Positions 18,294 through 26,293 of a DNA stretch of 64,000 nucleotides are shown in pieces; positions within the stretch are counted from its first letter, which is position 1, and every line of letters starts with the position of its first letter. Where the stretch lies: IMG/VR virus record IMGVR_UViG_3300043427_003501, positions 1 through 64,000 of that record; one strand, given 5' to 3'. The notes beneath the pieces were generated by a model. It did not search any database and had not been told where the DNA came from. It saw nothing but the letters and a program-made list of their open reading frames with translations. The position numbers and the translations under genes are program-made. The stretch is from a virus.

Positions 18294-18524
18294 ATGGAAG
18301 TTCTCAAGGTGGGCGATACCGTCATGTGGCGCGGCAGTTGGGGCAGCGAACCTGCCAAACGCGCCAAGATAGTTCGTATGGAGCTGTGCAAGGCCGAACG
18401 CGACAAGTATGGCGTGGAGGTCAGTAGCGCCTGGCTCACGGACAAGAATCGCTTGTGCGTGGACCTCGACAACGGGTCGTGGGCCTATGGCTTCCAAATC
18501 GAACCGATCGGGAGCGCGGCATGA
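18294..18524 (+). CDS. hypothetical protein (SH3-like)
   Basis: SD AAGGAG; LKVGDTVMWRGSWG...DLDNGSWAYG. Confidence 0.7.
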   Translation: MEVLKVGDTVMWRGSWGSEPAKRAKIVRMELCKAERDKYGVEVSSAWLTDKNRLCVDLDNGSWAYGFQIEPIGSAA

Positions 18525-18871
18525 ATTTCAGCCAAGACTTCAAACAAGCCTACGTTGACGAGCTCCTGCATCAGGTGCATCACCGAGCAGGCAATGAGTG
18601 GCCCTGGCTCGAGGAAGACGAAATGGTGGGCTCTGTGTATTTTGTGGAAGACAAGGAAATTGTCTACTGCACGCCCGCTGTTCGCCAATACCTTGGCGGT
18701 GAGGAAGTTCCTCCCAACGACAACTGCCCAATTCAGTTCTGTCGGATCAGAGAGGAGAGTGACTCCCACGAAATGACCGAAGTGGACTACTTCCTCACTT
18801 ACAACATGCCTTATGACTTGGCGCGATATCAGGCGCTTGTAGGGGCTTACAAGCAAGGAGCTTTGGTATGA
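18521..18871 (+). CDS. hypothetical protein
   Basis: ATGA-coupled ORF. Confidence 0.6.
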   Translation: MNFSQDFKQAYVDELLHQVHHRAGNEWPWLEEDEMVGSVYFVEDKEIVYCTPAVRQYLGGEEVPPNDNCPIQFCRIREESDSHEMTEVDYFLTYNMPYDLARYQALVGAYKQGALV

Positions 18872-19158
18872 ACGTCCGAGCTGAACTCGATAAGGCAACG
18901 GAGCCTGTTGTCACCATCTCCACCAGCCACCTGTCCGAAGCCACAAAGGAGTGGCTTAGCAAGGACTTGCTCAGGCGTGATGGAAAGATGGCAGGTATGG
19001 AGTGGGACTACGGTTGGATGTTGTTCGTAGGCAATTGGGATGAGGATACCCCTGAAGATTTGGCTTGCATCCTCAAAACCTGCAACGACTACGCATACTC
19101 CTGGGTCCGATTCGACTGCGATGCGCCTGCCTGTCGCGCATTTCCGGAAGCCTCGTAG
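18868..19158 (+). CDS. hypothetical protein
   Basis: ISTSHLS...YGW...PEDL...WVRFDCDA motif. Confidence 0.65.
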   Translation: MNVRAELDKATEPVVTISTSHLSEATKEWLSKDLLRRDGKMAGMEWDYGWMLFVGNWDEDTPEDLACILKTCNDYAYSWVRFDCDAPACRAFPEAS

Positions 19159-19430
19159 GAGACTGAAATGACCACATCGGACAGGGTCTTTCTGATAGTT
19201 TTGGCCATCTGTTGCCTCGCCCTTTCCACAGTAATTGGCAAACCTGGCAGTTACTGTGGAAATGTGGAGTTTCGTCCGGATGCCACTCAGCATCAAAAGG
19301 ACGAATGTCGAAGGCTGAGGCCTTGATCAGCCAGGAAACCTTATAGGGGATGTCGAGCTTGCGCTCGCTATTCCTATTTTCGCAAGCGACAATTATTTGT
19401 CAGCAACTTATACCCTTTGGGGCTTTTCCC

Positions 19431-19784
19431 ATGAAAAAGAAACGCAAGCCAACACGCGCTCAGCAGGAAGCACAGGCTTCTTTTGACGCCATGATTCGCA
19501 AGTGGGCGAATCTACCAAAATTCGCGCACACTAACAGGCCGAATGTTAGCGTCCAAAAACCTGTTACATCGCCTATCTACCCGCCAGGGCGCGAGCCTCA
19601 AACTGTCATCCGACCCTCCGAGTCGTCGTTCCAGGACAAGTGGGTGGGCGGCACCAAGCCTGTACACAGTCTGCGCTATACGGGCGACAAGCTCGTGGGT
19701 ATTGGCGTTATGCACAAATCCAACTCAGTGCCTGTATTCAACTCGGATCAGGCTGTCGAAATCGCACGTATGCGGAGGGGCTGA
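19431..19784 (+). CDS. conserved hypothetical phage protein
   Basis: C-terminal YTGDKLVGIGVMHKSNSVPV...ARMRRG. Confidence 0.7.
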   Translation: MKKKRKPTRAQQEAQASFDAMIRKWANLPKFAHTNRPNVSVQKPVTSPIYPPGREPQTVIRPSESSFQDKWVGGTKPVHSLRYTGDKLVGIGVMHKSNSVPVFNSDQAVEIARMRRG

Positions 19785-19993
19785 TGCAGCCAACACACGA
19801 AGAGAAATTGGCCACCATGCGTGGCGAGGACACGGGCTGGAACTACCGATTTCAGGTGCCTGGCCCTTCCCCAAATATGTGGAGTCACGAGGACTGGATT
19901 CGCTACATTGGCGACAACTGGTTCCGAGTGCCTCGCAAGGACACCAACCATGAAGACCGAACCCCTGAAAGTACCGATCCCGAAGCCTCGTAA
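19784..19993 (+). CDS. hypothetical protein
   Basis: TGATG coupling; SD GGAGG. Confidence 0.5.
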   Translation: MQPTHEEKLATMRGEDTGWNYRFQVPGPSPNMWSHEDWIRYIGDNWFRVPRKDTNHEDRTPESTDPEAS

Positions 19994-20099
19994 TCCCCTG
20001 GTTGCGCCTTCACACCGTCGGAAAGCGGGACCACATAAGGATAGGCGCGACAAACGCCGTAAGCCTGACGTAAGAGAAGATCAAACTCATGAATCCTGA
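19950..20099 (+). CDS. small Arg/Lys-rich peptide
   Basis: KPRNPLVA...RKAGPHKDRR. Confidence 0.5.
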   Translation: MKTEPLKVPIPKPRNPLVAPSHRRKAGPHKDRRDKRRKPDVREDQTHES

Positions 20100-20334
20100 A
20101 GAACTCCTGGCCAAGATCAAGGAGCTTGGCAATTACATCGACGTTCGGATGCTCGAGGACGAATCGATCGTCGCCATTGGCGAGCTGATGTTCACCCGAG
20201 CGATCTACATGGATGTGGATTTACTCGGCTGGGGCAGGCGCTTCTGCTTTGAGAACCGAGATTTGGCCGTTGTGGAATATGCCAAGCTCCAAAACGGTGA
20301 CATGGAACCTCAAGGGTGGATTGCGAGGAGATAA
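20089..20334 (+). CDS. hypothetical protein
   Basis: LMFTRAI...RRFCF...EPQGWI. Confidence 0.6.
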   Translation: MNPEELLAKIKELGNYIDVRMLEDESIVAIGELMFTRAIYMDVDLLGWGRRFCFENRDLAVVEYAKLQNGDMEPQGWIARR

Positions 20335-20508
20335 ACATGGGCTACTGTGATCCTAAAGCCATTCGCAATGGCAAGGCCTGGGCTGATGTCGTCAATACGC
20401 CTGGGTTCATGCGTGGGTGTTTGCCAGGGAAAGTGAGTGGAACCTCACCAAACCCTGCACTCGGTCGAGACAATAAATCATCGCAAAACGACATGAAAGG
20501 AGATTGCG

Positions 20509-20709
20509 ATGGTTTCCGAAGCACGCAGACAGGAGTTGGCTCGCAAGGGCTACTTCATCGAGGACATGGGGGTCGAGTACGGCCTTGAGTACGAGGGTCA
20601 GTTCCGCTGGATGAACAGCCGAACGAACGAATTCCAGGACTACGAAGCGTCCTACAGCATCAACGATGCCTGGACCGCAGCCGACCTTCACGATCAGGAG
20701 GCAGCATGA
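20509..20709 (+). CDS. hypothetical protein
   Basis: SD AAGGAG. Confidence 0.6.
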   Translation: MVSEARRQELARKGYFIEDMGVEYGLEYEGQFRWMNSRTNEFQDYEASYSINDAWTAADLHDQEAA

Positions 20710-21035
20710 GCGAGGACAAGCGCACCCAGTACCTACGAGGAATTGCAGCAAGCGCTCCTGAGCGCCAGGTTGATCCTCGCAACATCCAGCATCGCCTCCT
20801 GCACACCATCTTCTACGAGGTGGCCAACACGGAAGATTGGCGAGCTCCGATCAACGTCCTGGTGAAGATTCACCGTACAGGATCGATCACGCTCGGCCTG
20901 TACACCGACGCCATCGAATACTTCACAGGAACCAAGCCGGCCATCTTCATCGTCGAGGATTGGCAGGAGGCTTCCGACTTCGCAACCTTCCGAATCGTCA
21001 GCGAAGGCTATCGACTCGGCCCCGCAGGAGCTTGA
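20706..21035 (+). CDS. hypothetical protein
   Basis: ATGA-coupled; DWRAPI...AIEYFTG...SEGYRLGPAG. Confidence 0.65.
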   Translation: MSEDKRTQYLRGIAASAPERQVDPRNIQHRLLHTIFYEVANTEDWRAPINVLVKIHRTGSITLGLYTDAIEYFTGTKPAIFIVEDWQEASDFATFRIVSEGYRLGPAGA

Positions 21036-21036
21036 C

Positions 21037-21219
21037 ATGCTTGTCAATGGAATTGGACCGATCGATTGGGCGCTGCTGCGAGAGCAAAAGCGTTGGCTCC
21101 TGGATCAGGACAACCAGTACGCCGAAGGGCTCGTGATCCTGCTGGATCACATTGGCGATTTGGCTGTCGAGCAGGGTTTCAGTGAACAGGAAGTCTTCGA
21201 CGAGGAAATTCTCCTATGA
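21037..21219 (+). CDS. hypothetical protein
   Basis: IDWALLREQK...EGLVILLDHI. Confidence 0.6.
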   Translation: MLVNGIGPIDWALLREQKRWLLDQDNQYAEGLVILLDHIGDLAVEQGFSEQEVFDEEILL

Positions 21220-21431
21220 AGCACGAGCAAATCCAACAACTCGCCGACGATGCTTTGGACGCAGCCTGCCTCCATATGCAGAACCAGCTCGGAATCGACG
21301 ATGGCGACGTAGCAGGCATCTACTTCAGTGGAAATGTCCAAGATGCAATTCGCCAAATCTTCGAGGGCTACATCAAGATGGAAACCGCCATGAGGAGCAG
21401 GACAAATGTCCGTACCGAAACTCCTGCGTGA
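21216..21431 (+). CDS. hypothetical protein
   Basis: ATGA-coupled ORF. Confidence 0.55.
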   Translation: MKHEQIQQLADDALDAACLHMQNQLGIDDGDVAGIYFSGNVQDAIRQIFEGYIKMETAMRSRTNVRTETPA

Positions 21432-21639
21432 GCAGATTCGCCAATACGAACGTGAAGGGTTTACGGTGGAGAACATCTCTCGGGCCGCCAGGCACTACAA
21501 GGTGAAGTTCCACCAGTTCCCCGAACCACAGTTCCTGACGGCCAACACGACCGACTTTCGTGCCTACAAGAACAATATCACCCGATTCAAACGCCTGACT
21601 GTAAGCCAGGAGAAAGGTTCGAAGCCCCGAAACGTATAG
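21406..21639 (+). CDS. small protein, possibly HicA-like fold
   Basis: GFTV...RHYKV...TTDFRAYKN pattern. Confidence 0.4.
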   Translation: MSVPKLLREQIRQYEREGFTVENISRAARHYKVKFHQFPEPQFLTANTTDFRAYKNNITRFKRLTVSQEKGSKPRNV

Positions 21640-21702
21640 GCAAGACACCTCCGAGTTATCAGATCAGTCACCCGTAACGTATTAGGAAAGGGTAAAACTA
21701 CC

Positions 21703-22083
21703 ATGCACGGATACCCCTCACCGAAGCCTGCTGAGCAGTACCGGAAGCTGCAGGAGCTGGCTCTCAAAGGCAAATTAGGCGCTTCGAGCGCAGATGGATC
21801 ATGCGTCTATGAATCCAAAGGCAGCTTCTGCGCGGTTGGAGCTCTGTTCAACAAAGCCCAACACAAAGACCTGAAAGCCCGCGACCTCAACACAAAAGGC
21901 ATCGGCTTTGTCGCCCACCAGATCGGAAAAAAGAACCTCGAGGCCGTCACTGGACTTCGCCTGAATGAGCTGGTGAAGCTGCAAGGCCTGCATGACGAAA
22001 ACGCCTGGCGTCTGTCGAATGGCGATCAGTATTCCATACGACGATCGGAGTTCTTCCAGTACCTTGAAGAACGCCAAAAGTAA
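21703..22083 (+). CDS. hypothetical protein
   Basis: CVY....FCAVGAL...LQGLHD; preceded by AGTCACCCGTAACG (21666-21679). Confidence 0.6.
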   Translation: MHGYPSPKPAEQYRKLQELALKGKLGASSADGSCVYESKGSFCAVGALFNKAQHKDLKARDLNTKGIGFVAHQIGKKNLEAVTGLRLNELVKLQGLHDENAWRLSNGDQYSIRRSEFFQYLEERQK

Positions 22084-22109
22084 CGCAAAAGGCGTTATAA
22101 CTTGACCCT

Positions 22110-22642
22110 ATAACCCCACACAGCATGGGGTTATTCCACAAAGCCATCAACCATAGGCGCTAAGTCCTTGATTTCAAAGGACTTTCCTCAAATTGCAACA
22201 TCGAAATGTTTCTATAAGAGTGCTGGCCTACTTGTAACCCAAGTGTATGAAAACGACATAGAAAACTACTAATTTCCAACATCAGGGAAGACACAGGCCA
22301 GAGCTCACAACGAAGCCGGAAAAGCAAAGAGTACACCGACCAACACCAAGCACAGGAAATCGCTCAAAACGTCAATAAACGAACCGAAGCCTAAGAAGAA
22401 CAATACGGACAACAGGAACAAACAGGACAAAGACAAGAACGAGGCCAACAAGGACAAAGACAAAGATCAGGCCAAGAACAAGAACACAGGCAAAGAAGAC
22501 AAGTATGTCAAGGAAGATACAGAGGAAGAAGAGGAGAAAAACAGGCAAAAGAAGAATAAAGGAGAACAGGCAAAGGGCAACAAGAAGAGAAACAAAAATG
22601 GGAACAAAAATGGGGCGGCAGTTGTCCCTTCACTTTTCCACA
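22110..22642. other. non-coding zone: two hairpins, IHF-like site, strand-skewed A-rich tract, DnaA-box-like 9-mer
   Basis: IR 22110-22134 and 22162-22184; TAAGTCCTTGATT is the reverse complement of WATCAANNNNTTR; about 22280-22610 almost T-free; TTTTCCACA at 22634. Confidence 0.55.
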
Positions 22643-22761
22643 TGCCATAAAACTGGCCTTGGCAACGAATTCCCCTACAAGGTTCCCAACAAACTGCATT
22701 GCACACCCTACCTCCCGTCATCACAATTGAATCGTGCAAGGTGCACAACGAGGAGTTCAAC

Positions 22762-22899
22762 ATGGATGAGATGCAGTTTTTGCTGGCCGATTCTGAGAGG
22801 GATTTTGCCTACCTGACCGACAACCTGGAAGATCAGGAGTGCTTCGAGCGCCTGGTCGAGCGCTTTGAGGAGCAACAAGATTGGCAAGATTTCCGATGA
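22762..22899 (+). CDS. small acidic protein
   Basis: SD GAGGAG; promoter TTGCAC-17-CACAAT at 22699-22727; 45 aa, Asp/Glu-rich. Confidence 0.6.
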   Translation: MDEMQFLLADSERDFAYLTDNLEDQECFERLVERFEEQQDWQDFR

Positions 22900-23297
22900 T
22901 TCGCTACCTTCTTCTAGGTTTAGCCATGACTTTCGCGACTTTTGGGCTTTCCGAAGCGGTTGGAAAGCTCCTTGAGACACGGGAAATGATCTGGCTTTTG
23001 GCTTCTCTGGGAGCCGTAGCTGTCCTGGGAATGCTGCTTTCCCAATGTTCTCGGGAGTAGGAAAAGCCAGGAACCGAGTGTCGGGATGAACCGGGAAAGA
23101 CCGGCAAATCCCGACACTTCGTATATATGTATATGTAAAGGAAAGAAGAAAGGAAAGAATGTTTGCGGGAAGTTGCCGGCTCCTAGGGGTACGGCACGGC
23201 TCCTGTAAGGACGATAGGAGCTCGGCAACGAGGTACGGGAAGCCCCGAGTGGCCAATCGCCGTCAAAGGTTCCTAGGCCTGCCTAGGCCGAGGTTGG

Positions 23298-23400
23298 AAG
23301 CTCCTATAAGGTTCCAAGGCAAGCCTAGGGCGCCGTATAAGGATGGCTCCAAGCTCCTATAAGGTTCCAAGGCGAAGTGTAAGGATCGCCCTATAAGGTT
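23298..23400 (+). repeat. 23-bp direct repeats with CTCCTATAAG core
   Basis: AAGCTCCTATAAGGTTCCAAGGC at 23298-23320 and 23351-23373; partial copy 23389-23400. Confidence 0.9.
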
Positions 23401-23503
23401 ACGGTCCAAAAAGTATCTCCCTAGGGAAAAAGCATGGATTTGCCAGGCCGTTCCGGTTCCCATGTGTAAGGTTGGGAACTTGCAATGTCTCCTGGGAAAG
23501 CTG

Positions 23504-23532
23504 TTGCACCTCCAAAAGTGGCACATCACAAT
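23504..23532 (+). promoter_or_regulatory. sigma70-like promoter
   Basis: TTGCAC-17-CACAAT, the same hexamers as at 22699. Confidence 0.6.
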
Positions 23533-23591
23533 ACAGTCACTGGGTAGTGATTCTGCTCCCGGTGCTCTTTCAATCCATTTTGGAGGCCATC

Positions 23592-24233
23592 ATGGCAAAA
23601 AAGTCCGTCTCTTCCGCCCCTTCCGCTTCTTCTGTTGACGCAATCGAGGCCGCTCAGGCCGCTTTACTCGCGTCCATCAAGCGCCGCATTGACAACGCGC
23701 CCAACGACAACCAGGCGGAGAAGCTCTCGGCCGAGTTCAAGTTCTTCGAGGGTGCTTCGGGGGCTCGTATCCTGAGCGCAGCTGCTGCCAAGTACGAGCT
23801 CGACATCGGAGCCCTCGCTGCTCAGGTGGCCGTGCTCAGCAACGAGGACAAGGATCGCTTCCTTGCGGTCTACGCCCTCCAGAAGGTGCGCAAGGCACTC
23901 TATGCCCTGGCCAACGACCTTCGGAGCTTCTTCGATGGGTACACGAACTCCATCCTCTTCAACATGGCGAACCTGCAGGCCATCAACAACAAGGAGGCCA
24001 GGATGAGCCTGTGCAAGGCCATCGAGTACACGGAGCTGGAGCAAGTGCAGGCCATTCGTAGGCTGCTGAACTGCTCGGAGGGTACGGCTTCGACACAGGC
24101 CAGCAGCACTCGGATGATGCTGCGGGCTTTGGGTGTCGCCAACGTCGTCAAGCGTAAGGCCGGTGACTCGATCTCCTTCACCGAGAGCAAGGCCGCGCAG
24201 GGCATCTTGGCGATGTACGCGACGAAGGCGTAA
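23592..24233 (+). CDS. hypothetical protein, paralog A (putative DNA-binding)
   Basis: SD GGAGG; shares RID.APN.NQAE.LSAE..FF, AVYALQK.RK, DGY.NSI.FNM and TASTQASSTR.MLR with the gene at 25546. Confidence 0.8.
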   Translation: MAKKSVSSAPSASSVDAIEAAQAALLASIKRRIDNAPNDNQAEKLSAEFKFFEGASGARILSAAAAKYELDIGALAAQVAVLSNEDKDRFLAVYALQKVRKALYALANDLRSFFDGYTNSILFNMANLQAINNKEARMSLCKAIEYTELEQVQAIRRLLNCSEGTASTQASSTRMMLRALGVANVVKRKAGDSISFTESKAAQGILAMYATKA

Positions 24234-24256
24234 TCAGGGGGCTGCAAGGCAGCCCA

Positions 24257-24276
24257 GGGAGCGTCAGCTCCCTTTT
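24257..24276 (+). terminator. probable terminator
   Basis: GGGAGC-GTCA-GCTCCC followed by TTTT. Confidence 0.6.
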
Positions 24277-24671
24277 ACGGGTACGGCTGAGCCCTAGGCG
24301 AGATCAGGATCAGGGTACGGCTGGACAGCTGTACGGGTGAGTAGGAGTACGGCTGTACCGAAGTAGGCCGGTATTCCTAGGCCTTAGCAGGCCACGGTAG
24401 GGGATTGCAGGCCACTGCAGGAGGTAGGCCTTTCCTAGGCCAGCCTAGGCCGCCGAAGGACTTCAGGCCACCGCAGGCATTCTCAGGGCAATAGGCCGAC
24501 TCCAGAACATCTGAGAAACGCCAAGGAGAAAACGTAGGGCCGTTGCAAATTGCCCTGCAAACCTCTCACAGGGAGCTTTGCAGGAGACATGCACCCCCAC
24601 CATCAAAACCCAAAGATGGCTTGCTGTAATGAGTTTGCTGCGATGTTGCAGCGGTTCTTTCGGAGAGGTGT

Positions 24672-25007
24672 ATGGTCCAAGTCTCGCGAGTTTCTGTTTT
24701 GCTCCTGAATACCGACGACATGGGGAAGTTTTACTTCGCCAAGTCTGACGCCGAGCGTGAAATCATGGCGCTGGAAACGTTACAGGCAGGTGGGTACCAG
24801 TACGTCAAGGGCAGCATCATTGTGGAAAGTCTGTTTCGCAAGGATGCTGCTGAGGAGGTGTTCGACTTGACCAACAATCCAAGTCGTGAAGAGGAGCGTG
24901 AGCTGCTGTATGGACGTCACCGCAGCGTGTCCTCAGGTGACATCGTGGATGTGGACGGTTCCAAGTTTCTTTGCCTACCTGTTGGTTGGCTTCGCTTGGC
25001 GGCTTGA
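24672..25007 (+). CDS. YodL-like domain protein
   Basis: AEEVFDLTN...RSVSSGDIVDVDG..FLC..VGW matches the YodL RS.SVGD.V pattern. Confidence 0.6.
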   Translation: MVQVSRVSVLLLNTDDMGKFYFAKSDAEREIMALETLQAGGYQYVKGSIIVESLFRKDAAEEVFDLTNNPSREEERELLYGRHRSVSSGDIVDVDGSKFLCLPVGWLRLAA

Positions 25008-25019
25008 TGGGTAGATGAG

Positions 25020-25045
25020 AAGCCGACCAGGAGTCGGCTTCTTTT
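25020..25045 (+). terminator. Rho-independent terminator
   Basis: AAGCCGAC-CAGGA-GTCGGCTT followed by CTTTT. Confidence 0.75.
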
Positions 25046-25321
25046 GGAGCTGTTCGCTTCCTAGGGATGCCCAGGGGTACGGCTGAGCCGAAGAGGACTT
25101 CGGGAAGTTTGGGTACGGCAGGGTCGAAGAGGGTCTTTCGGAGTACGGCGGTCTCGGAGTACGGCTAGGGCGAAGAGGGCCTTCCTAGGGCTAGCGCCCT
25201 CGCGGGCCAGCCCGCCTGGCGGCCATAGCGGCCGCCTATCGGCCCGTCGCCGCCATAGCGGCCTGCTATCGATAGCCTGGCCCTACCGCCACGCCGTTTC
25301 CATAGCGGCTCCCTATCCTGG

Positions 25322-25387
25322 GTCTCCTATAAGACCCAAGATGTCTCCTATAAGACCCAAGACCCGGGTCTCCTATAAGACCCAAGA
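25322..25387 (+). repeat. three 20-bp iteron-like direct repeats
   Basis: GTCTCCTATAAGACCCAAGA at 25322, 25343 and 25368. Confidence 0.92.
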
Positions 25388-25545
25388 CCCACGCCATAGA
25401 GGCCCTCCATTACATCATCGGCCCCATTGTAAAATTTCATCGTCGCGCCGTTGCAACATGCTGCAAAAAAGCGGTTGCAGCATGCGCCACCATGTTATGA
25501 TTGCATCACTGCGATGTTGCAGTGTTCGATTCTGAAAGGTTCATC

Positions 25546-26124
25546 ATGAACAAGGTTCAAAAAGCCCTCCTCGCCGCCCTCCAGACCCGCATCGATTCCG
25601 CGCCCAATGCGAACCAAGCCGAGAATCTGTCCGCAGAATATAGATTCTTTTCAGATACTAACGCCGGTATTATTATCGACAAAGTATCTCACATAATCGA
25701 TATTAATAAACTCGCAAAGCAGATTGCAATATCTGAAAAGTCTAATTCTGATTTTATCGCAGTATATGCTTTGCAGAAAATTCGTAAAATGATTTATTCG
25801 CTTGCGAATAATACTAAATCATATATTGACGGTTATTCTAATTCGATTATCTTCAATATGGTCAAATTGAATTCTGAAATTACTAATAAGTCTGCACTTG
25901 TTGCATTATCTAAATCGGTCGAATATACCGAATTCGATAAGGTGCAAGATATTAAGCGCACAATATCTGTTGCAGTATCTACCGCATCCACTCAAGCATC
26001 ATCCACCCGTCAAATGCTGCGTGTTTTGAATATCGCCAACGTTACCAAGCGCAAGAATCAAGATGAATTTACTTTCATCGATTCTGATATTGCAAAACAA
26101 GTAATCGCATATTATCAGGTATAA
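25546..26124 (+). CDS. hypothetical protein, paralog B (AT-rich copy)
   Basis: SD GAAAGG; colinear homolog of the 23592 gene. Confidence 0.8.
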   Translation: MNKVQKALLAALQTRIDSAPNANQAENLSAEYRFFSDTNAGIIIDKVSHIIDINKLAKQIAISEKSNSDFIAVYALQKIRKMIYSLANNTKSYIDGYSNSIIFNMVKLNSEITNKSALVALSKSVEYTEFDKVQDIKRTISVAVSTASTQASSTRQMLRVLNIANVTKRKNQDEFTFIDSDIAKQVIAYYQV

Positions 26125-26130
26125 ATAATA

Positions 26131-26162
26131 AGGTGCGGTATATAATATAATATACCGCACCT
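26131..26162. terminator. 13-bp inverted repeat with AT-rich centre
   Basis: AGGTGCGGTATAT-AATATA-ATATACCGCACCT. Confidence 0.5.
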
Positions 26163-26191
26163 AATATAAACCACATTCGAAAGGTAATATC

Positions 26192-26293
26192 ATGGTATAT
26201 ATAATCGGTGCGATTCTGATTCTCTGCGGTATATTCTTTATCTGTGAGAATATATATATTCGAAGAGAATATAATAAATACCTGAAGAGATAA
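26192..26293 (+). CDS. 33-aa single-pass membrane peptide (not in ORF track)
   Basis: SD GAAAGGT; MVYIIGAILILCGIFFICENIYIRREYNKYLKR. Confidence 0.5.
   Translation: MVYIIGAILILCGIFFICENIYIRREYNKYLKR

Noticed and set aside
20316-20588. ORF 20316/20337-20588
   Set aside because: Overlaps the better-supported 20509 gene by 80 nt and has no motif; it has a possible SD, so it is left uncalled rather than excluded
22273-22816. Protein-coding call for the A-rich tract (including track ORFs 22505-22816 and 22467-22763)
   Set aside because: Frames stay open because of the low-complexity, strand-skewed composition; no convincing SD/start
23115-23150. loxP site
   Set aside because: Only ACTTCGTATA of one arm matches; there is no inverted second arm and no recombinase in the window. 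Kept only as a repeated motif
25322-25387. CRISPR mini-array
   Set aside because: The 20-bp repeats are separated by only 1 and 5 nt, so there are no spacers; no cas genes are present
26131-26162. Protelomerase (telRL-type) site
   Set aside because: The inverted repeat has a non-palindromic 6-nt centre and short arms, directly follows a stop codon, and no protelomerase gene is visible
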